From positions 157,096 to 221,095 of IMG/VR virus record IMGVR_UViG_3300045999_010033: a stretch of 64,000 nucleotides of DNA, one strand, 5' to 3'. Both the position numbers and the translations under genes were made by a program. Of this stretch, positions 1 to 9,702 are shown piece after piece. The notes beneath the pieces were generated by a model, which did not search any database, was not told where the DNA came from, and saw only the letters and a program-made list of their open reading frames with translations. Numbering within the stretch: position 1 is the stretch's first letter; each line of letters begins with the position of its first letter.

Positions 1-3000
1 GATATTATTGATGTAAAGGCTACGCCTGATGTGTTTCCAAAATCAACCGTAGATACATCACTAACAACAGTTGATGCCCCAGACCACATCGCTATAAATT
101 GTCCCATTCTTGCATTAGAACCACTCCTAATTGTGTATTCAACAAACATTCCATCGTAAGAACCGGTACTCATACTATAAATTGTAGTTGAACCTGTTAT
201 AGATACACGCTTAGTTGTATTCAATACGGGTGCAATACTATCTCCCATCAATACCGTATCATCCGAAAATACTTCCAATATCGGAAGACCCGAAATATCA
301 TTCACAGAGAATAGTGAACCCGAAAGGTTATCAGTAACTGAAAATAGTTCACCTTGGCTGCCTAATACACTAAATATAGATTGAGAAGAACCTGAACCAT
401 GTATGATTGCACGTTGTACTCCGGAGCCGGATACTAATAGTGTGGATGATGTAAGTGATGTTGCAATTACGCTACCCGTTACATTTAATACACTACCATT
501 AAAATTAAGATTTGCTTCCGCAACTGCACTATTTACACTACCATCCGATGTTAATACTCTATTATCTGCAGGTGTCGCTATTGTGGTAAATCCGGTACCA
601 CTTGTTCCTGCAGTTCCGCTGCTTCCTGCTGTCCCGCTGCTGCCACTACTGCCGGTTGAACCGCTACTTCCACTGCTTCCTGCTGTCCCGCTGCTGCCAC
701 TACTGCCGGTTGAACCGCTACTTCCACTGCTTCCTGCTGTCCCGCTGCTGCCACTACTGCCGGTTGAACCACTACTTCCACTGCTTCCTGCCGTGCCGCT
801 GCTGCCACTACTTCCAGCGGTTCCGCTACTGCCGCTGCTACCGGTTGAACCACTACTGCCCGCACTACCACTGCTTCCTGCAGTTCCGCTGCTTCCGCTA
901 CTACCGCTTGTTCCCGAAGAACCTGCTGTCAATAGATTTGTTCCTACACCTGCTGCTGCTTCTGTTAAATCTATATATGCACCCCTTGCTGCACCTCCTT
1001 GTTCAAAAAATCTTAATTTATTTTGATAAGAATCGATAGTTATACCACTACCAGTGAGTGAGTTATTAGTAGCTGATTTATTTAGTAATATTTCACCACC
1101 CTCGTCACCCGATTGATATAATATACTTAATTTAGTACCATCAAATGTTAAAAGTGATTCTGCGTTCGCTTCCCCTTGAGTTCCCGTTGCGGTTAATATT
1201 CTATCATTAGCATTGTTTAATATGTTTGCAACACCACTCGTACCGCTGCTTCCGCTGCTTCCTGCAGTTCCGCTGCTGCCACTACTGCCGGTTGAACCGC
1301 TACTTCCACTGCTTCCTGCAGTTCCGCTGCTGCCACTACTGCCGGTTGAACCGCTACTTCCACTGCTTCCTGCAGTTCCGCTGCTGCCACTACTGCCACT
1401 GCTTCCTGCTGTCCCGCTGCTGCCACTGCTGCCGGTTGAACCGCTACTTCCACTGCTTCCTGCAGTTCCGCTGCTGCCGCTACTGCCGGTTGAACCACTG
1501 CTTCCGCTACTTCCACTGCTTCCTGCCGTCCCCGATGTGCCCGAAGTTGCTGCAGTATAAGATGTACCGTTTATTATCAGTGAACCGGATATACTAACAG
1601 AGCCGGTAAATTGATGTGTATTTGATACCAATGTTCCGAATTGTGTGGAACCGGTAATCAATTCGGTCGAAGAAGTAATAATTTGCGAAACTATTCTTTG
1701 TGCAACTAATGTATCTCTTACCGTAAAGTTATCCGCAGAAGATGCGGTTAGCGCCAGTACCGCGAGTGATGCGGTTTGTGCAAATGATGCGGATGTGGCA
1801 TTAAGTGGTGTACCATTTATCCAAACCCCACCATTGTAAACTAATGCCTGTCCATTTGTAGGAGTTGTAATATTTACATCCGATAAATCATCCAGAGTTT
1901 GTGTTATATTTGTAGCAGCTGAAGACCCACCCGATGTATTTCTAAAAGAACCCGCTTGTATAAAAATTGCTTGTGATGTATTTGTTAAATCACTAGCATT
2001 TCCCTGAACTAATAGGTATCCCGCAAAAATTAATGATTTAGCGGTAAACTCACCTTCTACAAAACTATCAGAAAGTAACGCAGATAAAGCGTTTGCTATT
2101 GATGTATATGAATTATGTCCGTAGTATATTACTGCACGCTTAGATTCGGGACTATAAAATATTCTTTGAATAGTAACGTTAGGACCAGATACACTTGATA
2201 ATCCATTTCCGTTATCATATTTTGTAGGATCCACTACGGTGTAATAGTTGCCATTATTACTGTCCAAATATATTCCAGATCCAGTTCTATACGCCCTAGC
2301 CATAGATGCAGTAAGAGCAGGTGTAGCAGTATAATGTGATGGACTATTAGGATTTTGTGAATAATATCCACCTAAAAAGAATCCCGTACCATCTCCTATA
2401 TTGATTCTTAGCGAACCACTTTGGCCCGATGGTGTGAATCCATTTACTTTTATCGGTCCGAATGACCTAATAAAATCATTTTGTTGTGTATCACTATTAT
2501 ATGTAGTTTGTACACTACTTGCGTATCCTGTTATACTTGAATAGTTTGGATGTGTAACTAATCCAAGAGGTATTGCCTCCTCGTATTGAGTTTCATCAAA
2601 ATAAGAAGTTTGTTGGAAGATTACTCCTGTCCCATCAACGTATAAATAAGTCGTTTGTGATGAAGTTATGTATTGTGCAGATGCAGTATAATCATTCCAA
2701 TTAACGTAAGTAATAATAGGATTGATTTCCGACCCGCTGGTGGCATTCATATTATTAATGATACCACTACCTTTTTTAACATATATTACACTGCCACTAA
2801 AAGAAATACCTCCACCATATAATATTCCCGAACTTAATCCACCTTCTAACCATTTGAATTTGGTTAAGTTACCATTTTGACGATAATATAAATCATATCC
2901 GGTAGCTGTGTTAGAAGCAGATGTAAATAAGTACGATGCAGTTATGTTATTGGGTCCTGGATCTTGACCTGGATCTAATCTTAAATGTCCTTGTAATGTA

Positions 3001-6000
3001 AAGTTAGCAGTTGCATTTAATGATCCAGATACATTAACACTACCCGATAGTACACTTATTCCTATTAAGGTATTAGACCCACTTGTTATTAAACTACCGG
3101 TAACTATTTGGTTTCCTACACTAACTGATGTTCCTATAAATGTCTGAGACCCCGATACGTTTATGCTGCCGGTTATGGTTTGCGTTCCTATAATCGTACT
3201 TGAACCCGTCAATCCATAAGAACCCGTTAATTGTTTAGAGTTTATCCAAACACTACCACTTCTAACTAAAAGGTCTCCCGATGTTATTCCATTAATTTTA
3301 ACATCATGCAGTTCATCTAATTCGTAACCATTATCTATTTTTACATATATCGAACCAACAGTCGCACTTACTCTTTCTACATATCCTAGTCTAACGGAAT
3401 GTAGTGGCGCTTGTGGTGTGGTTTGTGTGTATTGTCCTGCCGAACTACTTAAATATACAAGTCCGCCGGCAGTTAATCCTAATGTGTTTAATTCATTGAG
3501 TGGACCTTCGGTTTGTACGAATCCCTCCTCTCCCGAAAGTATTTGTTCTGCTACAAATCCTAATGTATTTGCCGAACCCAATTCAGCTGTCGCAGACGCA
3601 CGTTTTACTGAAACACGATTTCCTTGTGAACCAAAAATATAAACTACAGTTCCTTTTGTTAATGTTGTCGCTTCTGCGTTAAATGCACGTATGAATAATT
3701 CTTCACCAATTGCCAAGTTTACATTTCCACCTTTCAGTCCGAGATTCAATGTTCCGTATCCATCATCCCACCCCAATCTACCTTCTGCCTTTGGTTGGTC
3801 AGAACCGGTAACAAAATTAATTACACTTGCGTTATTAATTGAGCCTGATATTTGAAGATTTTCAGAATACGATGCGGACACCGCTCGTAATGCCCAACTT
3901 GCAGTACCATATAATGAGCTTGTAATATTTGTCGCATTTATAGACCCGGTTACATTTAAAACCGAACCATCAAATGTTAAGTTAGCTTCGGCATTAGCAC
4001 TATTTGCACTACCATCCGATGTTAGTATTCGATTATCTAAAGGATTTGATATTGTATTAAATCCTGTACCGCTGGTGCCTGCACTTCCACTACTTCCTGC
4101 AGTTCCGCTGCTTCCTGCTGTCCCACTGCTTCCGCTGCTTCCACTGCTTCCTGCCGTTCCGCTGCTCCCTGCTGTCCCACTGCTTCCACTGCTTCCTGCC
4201 GTTCCGCTGCTTCCGCTGCTTCCATCGGTTCCGCTACTTCCACTGCTTCCTGCCGTTCCGCTGCTTCCGCTGCTTCCATCGGTTCCGCTACTTCCACTGC
4301 TTCCTGCCGTTCCACTGCTTCCGCTGCTTCCATCGGTTCCGCTGCTTCCACTGCTTCCACTGCTTCCATCGGTTCCGCTACTTCCACTGCTTCCTGCAGT
4401 TCCGCTGCTTCCACTGCTTCCTGCCGTTCCGCTGCTTCCGCTGCTTCCATCGGTTCCGCTGCTCCCTGCTGTTCCGCTGCTTCCACTGCTTCCTGCAGTT
4501 CCGCTACTCCCTGCTGTCCCACTGCTTCCGCTGCTTCCGCTACTTCCATCGGTTCCGCTGCTTCCACTGCTTCCTGCCGTTCCGCTGCTCCCTGCTGTCC
4601 CACTGCTTCCGCTACTTCCATCGGTTCCGCTGCTTCCACTGCTTCCTGCCGTTCCGCTGCTTCCGCTGCTCCCTGCAGTTCCGCTGCTGCCGGTTGCTCC
4701 TACTGCTGCTATCCATTGAGTTCCATCCCAACGATATATGTCGGTATCGGATGTATTATAATATAAAGAGCCACTTTTGAATGAACCGGTCGGACTTGAA
4801 CTATAATTGGGTAATTTAAATTGCGTTTCTGCATCAATAGCAGATGCTGTCAAACTTCCTGAAAGTGAAAGTGAGCTTGTAAATATTATTGTATTTACAT
4901 TTACAGAAAATTCAGCTCCACCCGATATAGATACTGATCCGGTAAATTGATGTAAATCACTCCCACTTACTCCGAATTTAGATGAACCCGTAACAAAACT
5001 GATAGATGATGTAATAGTTTGGACATGTATTCTTTGAGCAACTATTGTATCACTAACATTTATCGAACCGGTTACCACTAATGTATTACCATCAAATGTT
5101 AAATTGGATTCGGCAACCGCAGTATTGGTAGTTCCATCCGATGTAAGTATTCTATTATTTGCTGGATTTGAAATTGTATTAAATCCTGTCCCACTCGTAC
5201 CACTACTTCCGCTGCTTCCGCTGCTTCCACTACTTCCTGCAGTTCCGCTGCTCCCTGCTGTCCCACTGCTTCCGCTGCTTCCATCGGTTCCGCTGCTTCC
5301 ACTACTTCCTGCAGTTCCGCTGCTTCCACTACTTCCTGCAGTTCCGCTGCTCCCTGCTGTCCCACTGCTTCCGCTGCTTCCTGCAGTTCCACTGCTTCCT
5401 GCAGTTCCGCTGCTTCCGCTGCTTCCTGCAGTTCCGCTGCTTCCTGCAGTTCCGCTGCTTCCTGCAGTTCCTGCCGCTGCTATCCATTGAGTTCCATTCC
5501 AACGATATATGTTTGTATCACCTATATTATAATATAATGAACCGGTGCTAAATGATCCCGATGGGTTAGAGTTGTAAGTTGGTAAAGTAAATCCGGTTGC
5601 AGCACCAATATAAGATGATGTGAAACTTCCACTAATTAACATTGAACCGGTAAAGGAAATACTATCAATATTTGCAGTGAACACATTCCCAACACTACCC
5701 GATATATTTATCGAACCAGTTACTTCGAGTCCTCCACTAATTTGAGTATTCGTGTTTACTTTGAATCCATATGCAGGGTCTACCGAGGCAGTAACACTGC
5801 CTGATGATATTCTTGAAAGGTTTAATCCTACTACACTTGATGCGGATATGTTTGTTATTCCTGCACCATTTCCTATAAATGAACCAGAGAATGAACCACT
5901 AAATATGCCATTACCGGTTTGCGCAAAAGATGCAGAATCGGACCAACTTGCAGTTCCATATACACGTTTGTTACTACTATCTACATATATGTCACCTCTA

Positions 6001-6830
6001 ATATGGGTTTTAGTTATATTTGTGTTTCCAATTGTAGTCGTATTAGAACCTTTACCAATTGTGTTATATCCTATTACAATTTGATTGGTCTCCGAACTTG
6101 CGCTTGGTTTTGTATTTGCTCCAATAAAAACCGATTGATTAGAATCTATGTTGTTTCCTGCTTCAGCAGCCTTTCCGGCATTTACACCAACCGCGACGTT
6201 GTAATCGCCCGTTTCCATAGCAATCAGTGCTTCAGACCCAATTGCTACATTGTAGTTTGTATAGCTAGATGAATGTAATGTATAAGACCCTATTGCAGTG
6301 TTACCATCACCTGTGTTTTCATTTAATGCGTATGAGCCTATTGCTGTGTTTTGTTGTCCGGTATTTAGTGATAGTGCGTTATTACCAACTACGGTATTAG
6401 TTGTGAAACTTCCATCCCCACGGCCGATTCTGACACCATGTACATATATGTCGTTATTTGTAGTTAGTGAGCCAGAAACATCTACAGAACCACTAAATTG
6501 TGAATTAAAATTTACCTTAAAGCCAAGTATAGAATCTACCGATGCGGTCACACTACCCGATGATATACTAGAAAGATTTAATCCAACTACACTCGATGCC
6601 GATATATTTGTTAATCCTGAACCGTTTCCAAAAAAGGAGCCGGAAAATGAGCCACTAAATGCAGATACCGTTGATCCAATCTCAATTATTTTTTCACCAC
6701 TAGAACCACTGGTTTTCATAAACAACTTACCATCGTAAGTGTTTATTGCCAATTCACCATAATCCAATGAAGATGTGGTTGGTACACGACCGGGTACTGC
6801 ACTTCTACGCAGTTTTATTATTTGACTCAT
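1..6830 (-). CDS. Giant tail fibre/adhesin-like protein (>2,270 aa, 3' end runs off window) with Gly-Ser-Ser collagen-like tracts
   Basis: ATG at 6828-6830 reads MSQIIKLRRSAVPGRVPTTSSLDYGELAINTYDGKLF, a typical fibre N-terminal attachment motif. The same frame was verified at all four repeat tracts and at the window edge (...DVSTVDFGNTSGVAFTSII). Its absence from the ORF track is consistent with no in-window stop. Contains NxAIG beta-roll repeats and LDDLSDV/LDELHDV fibre motifs. Confidence 0.85.
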   Translation of the reverse strand, partial: MSQIIKLRRSAVPGRVPTTSSLDYGELAINTYDGKLFMKTSGSSGEKIIEIGSTVSAFSGSFSGSFFGNGSGLTNISASSVVGLNLSSISSGSVTASVDSILGFKVNFNSQFSGSVDVSGSLTTNNDIYVHGVRIGRGDGSFTTNTVVGNNALSLNTGQQNTAIGSYALNENTGDGNTAIGSYTLHSSSYTNYNVAIGSEALIAMETGDYNVAVGVNAGKAAEAGNNIDSNQSVFIGANTKPSASSETNQIVIGYNTIGKGSNTTTIGNTNITKTHIRGDIYVDSSNKRVYGTASWSDSASFAQTGNGIFSGSFSGSFIGNGAGITNISASSVVGLNLSRISSGSVTASVDPAYGFKVNTNTQISGGLEVTGSINISGSVGNVFTANIDSISFTGSMLISGSFTSSYIGAATGFTLPTYNSNPSGSFSTGSLYYNIGDTNIYRWNGTQWIAAAGTAGSSGTAGSSGTAGSSGSSGTAGSSGTAGSSGSSGTAGSSGTAGSSGSSGTAGSSGSSGTDGSSGSSGTAGSSGTAGSSGSSGSSGSSGTSGTGFNTISNPANNRILTSDGTTNTAVAESNLTFDGNTLVVTGSINVSDTIVAQRIHVQTITSSISFVTGSSKFGVSGSDLHQFTGSVSISGGAEFSVNVNTIIFTSSLSLSGSLTASAIDAETQFKLPNYSSSPTGSFKSGSLYYNTSDTDIYRWDGTQWIAAVGATGSSGTAGSSGSSGTAGSSGSSGTDGSSGSSGTAGSSGTAGSSGSSGTDGSSGSSGSSGTAGSSGTAGSSGSSGTAGSSGTDGSSGSSGTAGSSGSSGTAGSSGSSGTDGSSGSSGSSGTDGSSGSSGTAGSSGSSGTDGSSGSSGTAGSSGSSGTDGSSGSSGTAGSSGSSGTAGSSGTAGSSGSSGSSGTAGSSGTAGSSGSAGTSGTGFNTISNPLDNRILTSDGSANSANAEANLTFDGSVLNVTGSINATNITSSLYGTASWALRAVSASYSENLQISGSINNASVINFVTGSDQPKAEGRLGWDDGYGTLNLGLKGGNVNLAIGEELFIRAFNAEATTLTKGTVVYIFGSQGNRVSVKRASATAELGSANTLGFVAEQILSGEEGFVQTEGPLNELNTLGLTAGGLVYLSSSAGQYTQTTPQAPLHSVRLGYVERVSATVGSIYVKIDNGYELDELHDVKINGITSGDLLVRSGSVWINSKQLTGSYGLTGSSTIIGTQTITGSINVSGSQTFIGTSVSVGNQIVTGSLITSGSNTLIGISVLSGSVNVSGSLNATANFTLQGHLRLDPGQDPGPNNITASYLFTSASNTATGYDLYYRQNGNLTKFKWLEGGLSSGILYGGGISFSGSVIYVKKGSGIINNMNATSGSEINPIITYVNWNDYTASAQYITSSQTTYLYVDGTGVIFQQTSYFDETQYEEAIPLGLVTHPNYSSITGYASSVQTTYNSDTQQNDFIRSFGPIKVNGFTPSGQSGSLRINIGDGTGFFLGGYYSQNPNSPSHYTATPALTASMARAYRTGSGIYLDSNNGNYYTVVDPTKYDNGNGLSSVSGPNVTIQRIFYSPESKRAVIYYGHNSYTSIANALSALLSDSFVEGEFTAKSLIFAGYLLVQGNASDLTNTSQAIFIQAGSFRNTSGGSSAATNITQTLDDLSDVNITTPTNGQALVYNGGVWINGTPLNATSASFAQTASLAVLALTASSADNFTVRDTLVAQRIVSQIITSSTELITGSTQFGTLVSNTHQFTGSVSISGSLIINGTSYTAATSGTSGTAGSSGSSGSSGSTGSSGSSGTAGSSGSSGSTGSSGSSGTAGSSGSSGSSGTAGSSGSSGSTGSSGSSGTAGSSGSSGSTGSSGSSGTAGSSGSSGTSGVANILNNANDRILTATGTQGEANAESLLTFDGTKLSILYQSGDEGGEILLNKSATNNSLTGSGITIDSYQNKLRFFEQGGAARGAYIDLTEAAAGVGTNLLTAGSSGTSGSSGSSGTAGSSGSAGSSGSTGSSGSSGTAGSSGSSGTAGSSGSSGSTGSSGSSGTAGSSGSSGSTGSSGSSGTAGSSGSSGSTGSSGSSGTAGSSGTAGTSGTGFTTIATPADNRVLTSDGSVNSAVAEANLNFNGSVLNVTGSVIATSLTSSTLLVSGSGVQRAIIHGSGSSQSIFSVLGSQGELFSVTDNLSGSLFSVNDISGLPILEVFSDDTVLMGDSIAPVLNTTKRVSITGSTTIYSMSTGSYDGMFVEYTIRSGSNARMGQFIAMWSGASTVVSDVSTVDFGNTSGVAFTSII
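591..923 (-). repeat. Coding 9-nt-period repeat, about 37 Gly-X-Y triplets (GSS/GTA/GST)
   Basis: Minus strand reads GGA AGC AGT GGA AGT AGC GGT TCA ACC... in the fibre frame. Confidence 0.9.
1233..1541 (-). repeat. Coding Gly-X-Y repeat tract, about 34 triplets
   Basis: Same GSS/GTA/GST triplets, same frame. Confidence 0.9.
4062..4700 (-). repeat. Coding Gly-X-Y repeat tract, about 71 triplets (GSS/GTA/GTD)
   Basis: Same triplet period and frame; longest tract. Confidence 0.9.
5184..5471 (-). repeat. Coding Gly-X-Y repeat tract, about 32 triplets
   Basis: Same triplet period and frame. Confidence 0.9.
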
Positions 6831-6890
6831 TTAGGTATATACCTTTAGTTAGTAATAGAATATGCTATATAGCACTTACTAACATAAATA

Positions 6891-7175
6891 TTAAAACTCC
6901 CCTAAATCAATTACATTTCCATAAAGACTACCCGATATAATTGGGTCAGATGGTGCGTTTGAACCGGATTGCATCCATATCATAGCAGGAACTACTGAAC
7001 CCGATTCCGAATCCAAGCTAGCCGATATATCGTATGAGGTTGCATCTACAACCGCAATTGCACCACTAACAATAAGAGAATATTGGTCATCGGTTAAAGT
7101 GGTGATAGTTACATTTTTAAGTGTGGCTCCATCCAAATCTAATTCAAGTTGTTTTGTTCTTATTCTTGTGGCCAT
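6891..7175 (-). CDS. Hypothetical virion/fibre-associated protein (94 aa)
   Basis: ORF track; SGS-rich like the fibre and immediately upstream of it. Confidence 0.6.
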   Translation of the reverse strand: MATRIRTKQLELDLDGATLKNVTITTLTDDQYSLIVSGAIAVVDATSYDISASLDSESGSVVPAMIWMQSGSNAPSDPIISGSLYGNVIDLGEF

Positions 7176-7176
7176 T

Positions 7177-7830
7177 TTATACGGGTTTTATTTTTCCAAA
7201 TATTTTAATATCTTGTGGTGGAACTCTATTATCTATTAACCAATAATCGTTAATTTTTATTTCAATATTAGAGCCACTTTGACTTATACTAAATATTCCC
7301 GGCATATGCAATCCATCAATAAATACTTCAAAGTTTTCAGGGCCGATGGTTTCCGTACCATAATCTAATGTTCTATTATTTATGATTAATCTATTTAATA
7401 CGGACTCATCTGCGGTGGCAGGTGTTTTATCTATCACACTTGCACTAACATAAATATATCTTGCACTATATTGTAGGATTTCTTTATGAAAGTCGTTTGT
7501 TATGTTATTGGTAAAAATATATGTAGTCGGCGATTCTGACACTTTTGTATTTGCCTGAAATGCTTTTGGTGCAGAAATCCCATCATTAATAATTTCTTGA
7601 ATACTTCCGGTTGCCGAATTTAAATTAGGTACATTATTTATATTTACTTTTGAAACCGATTGTTTCAATTTTTTTGTATTGGCTTGAAAATTTTTTGGTG
7701 AAGCAATGCCATCATTAATAATTTCTTGAATACTTGCAGTTGCAGAAAGTACATCTGGCAAATTATTAAAATTTATCTTTGATACAACTCGATTGAGTTT
7801 TTTTGTATTCGATGTGAATCGGTTAAGCAT
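7177..7830 (-). CDS. Hypothetical structural protein with tandem 43-aa repeat
   Basis: NTKKL...SIQEIINDGI..PK.FQA occurs twice, 129 nt apart. Confidence 0.65.
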   Translation of the reverse strand: MLNRFTSNTKKLNRVVSKINFNNLPDVLSATASIQEIINDGIASPKNFQANTKKLKQSVSKVNINNVPNLNSATGSIQEIINDGISAPKAFQANTKVSESPTTYIFTNNITNDFHKEILQYSARYIYVSASVIDKTPATADESVLNRLIINNRTLDYGTETIGPENFEVFIDGLHMPGIFSISQSGSNIEIKINDYWLIDNRVPPQDIKIFGKIKPV

Positions 7831-8152
7831 ATTTTTCTAAGTCTCCTCCAACTACAATTTCATCCAAAGTATCTAATGGATATTCAAATCTTGATTTAAT
7901 AAATTTAACTAAAAGTCCATCCGATGCCATTTCAGTAATATAATCTCTTGGATTGATATTTTGTGTATTAATTCTTATTCTTAATCGGTCTTGCTTAGTA
8001 CGATATTCTACCTCTCGTAATATTGGTGCAAACCGCCAACCTTTTGCAATCCAAATCCAATATGTAGAATCATTTAAATTATATGGAGTTAGAATTACTC
8101 TTGGAACATTTCGACTAATTACGTTTGTAATATCTAAAAGTGTTCGTTTCAT
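7823..8152 (-). CDS. Hypothetical neck-region protein (109 aa)
   Basis: ORF overlaps both neighbours; resembles the C-terminal domain of the 8149-9246 protein. Confidence 0.6.
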   Translation of the reverse strand: MKRTLLDITNVISRNVPRVILTPYNLNDSTYWIWIAKGWRFAPILREVEYRTKQDRLRIRINTQNINPRDYITEMASDGLLVKFIKSRFEYPLDTLDEIVVGGDLEKYA

Positions 8153-9246
8153 ATCAATTCAATATATTTTCCGGTTATTGTTACTTCATCAGTATTTACA
8201 ACATTCCATCCCAAAGTTATATTATTGAATGTAACCGTTAATGTACTTCCACTCATAGAATATGTATAATGTGTAGTTTCGTAATATCTGACACCATTTA
8301 TGTATATTTTTATATCGTATTGCGTCGCTATTACCGATGAAAATGCTGCGGGTGTTTTTATTAATTTTACATTTGTCAAATTAAATATATTATCCGAAAC
8401 ATAATTCATAAAATCCGAACTATTTAACGATAGATAATCCACAAGGTCTTTATTATCGTAGTATGGTGATTGTGTAGTGAGCATTGCTTCTAATCTGCCA
8501 TCTGCTGTCAAATCCGTTTCAGATGTAACAACCACACGATTAATTGATTGAGATTTCCTCGTTGTATTTTCTGATGCGAATTTTTCAGGTAGAAGATATG
8601 CCTTTACACTTAATGTAAACTCTAATCTATTTATGCGTTCTTGATTATCATTTACTTCATTTACTACATTGTAATCCGCAACACTGGCATAAAACTTAAA
8701 TCGGGCCTTATCACCCCAATATTCATCTGATGCGAAGTTTAATGCCTCAATTACAACGTTCATATGTTCGGTAAAACTTGTCCATGCCATGCAATCGTAG
8801 TTTACTTCGACATAATCCGGCATAGTTATATTATATAAATCATAAGCAGGAGTTATGCCATTTAGAATACTAAACCTGTCGTATCGGTTTCTTTTACTCC
8901 ACTTTGTTACGGTTGAATATGATACGTGTCTATTAAGCATTGGTATTGCATCATTTTTGGCAACAGTTGTCCTTCGTATCATCATTATAGGTAGCTGTAT
9001 TCTACCTTTATTATCTCTATATATACCCTGACGTCTTGCTCCATTCCATCTTTCAGAATTACCATAAATTACTGGTATCTTTATATTTGTATTTTGTGAA
9101 TCGGATAGATTTGGCAATGCCACATCTTCTAAATATGACATGATGGCGTAATCTACATCATATAGAGTTACCGATGGGTTAATATCCCCACCTTCCCATT
9201 TTCTTTGAAGTATTCTATCTGATTGTCTTAGTGGATTCTCTGCCAT
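8149..9246 (-). CDS. Tail terminator/sheath stabiliser (T4 gp15-like) with C-terminal extension
   Basis: KIPVIYG..ERW...LPIMMI, PDYVEVNYD and FTLSVKAYLLP motifs; follows the gp13/gp14-like genes. Confidence 0.6.
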   Translation of the reverse strand: MAENPLRQSDRILQRKWEGGDINPSVTLYDVDYAIMSYLEDVALPNLSDSQNTNIKIPVIYGNSERWNGARRQGIYRDNKGRIQLPIMMIRRTTVAKNDAIPMLNRHVSYSTVTKWSKRNRYDRFSILNGITPAYDLYNITMPDYVEVNYDCMAWTSFTEHMNVVIEALNFASDEYWGDKARFKFYASVADYNVVNEVNDNQERINRLEFTLSVKAYLLPEKFASENTTRKSQSINRVVVTSETDLTADGRLEAMLTTQSPYYDNKDLVDYLSLNSSDFMNYVSDNIFNLTNVKLIKTPAAFSSVIATQYDIKIYINGVRYYETTHYTYSMSGSTLTVTFNNITLGWNVVNTDEVTITGKYIELI

Positions 9247-9701
9247 TATTCAATTCTTTTTTCTATGTTAAGATCACTTATTCTACTCATAAATGCGGTA
9301 CACACAATACTGTAATTGTTATACTCCTGTCCTCCTATGAATTGAACTTCATTTGTATTATTGATTTCGTAATAAGATGTATCAAAATAAATGAAATCAC
9401 CAACTTCGGGATATATTCCTTTTTCTTGACACCTTTCTCTATCCAACTTGAATGTTATGGTTTGTGTAGTATCTGGTCCAAATCCTTCGTATGTTCTTTC
9501 AATACCATCTTTATCAATTAGGGCGTATATGGATACTCCACGATAGTATGTTTTATCAAGAGATTCACCATACAAGTTTACCTTTGATTGATAGATATTA
9601 AGTTTGTAGAGTATTATTTCAACTTGTATTACTTCATCTACCAACTCTCTAGCAATCCCTCTAAAAAATGTTACGTCACGTGGAGATATGAATTTTGGCA
9701 T
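9246..9701 (-). CDS. Neck/head-closure protein (T4 gp14-like)
   Basis: NLYGES..K, YPEVGDFIYF, YYEI motifs; synteny. Confidence 0.65.
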   Translation of the reverse strand: MPKFISPRDVTFFRGIARELVDEVIQVEIILYKLNIYQSKVNLYGESLDKTYYRGVSIYALIDKDGIERTYEGFGPDTTQTITFKLDRERCQEKGIYPEVGDFIYFDTSYYEINNTNEVQFIGGQEYNNYSIVCTAFMSRISDLNIEKRIE

Positions 9702-9702
9702 T

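Noticed and set aside
591-5471. Repeats as a CRISPR array or non-coding satellite
   Set aside because: They have a 9-nt period with synonymous third-position variation, no unique spacers, and are in frame with a protein.
403-5490. Plus-strand PLLPAVPLLP and Cys-rich ORFs, and minus-strand EAVEAA ORFs
   Set aside because: They are antisense or alternate-frame shadows of the Gly-Ser-Ser tracts in the real minus-strand fibre gene.
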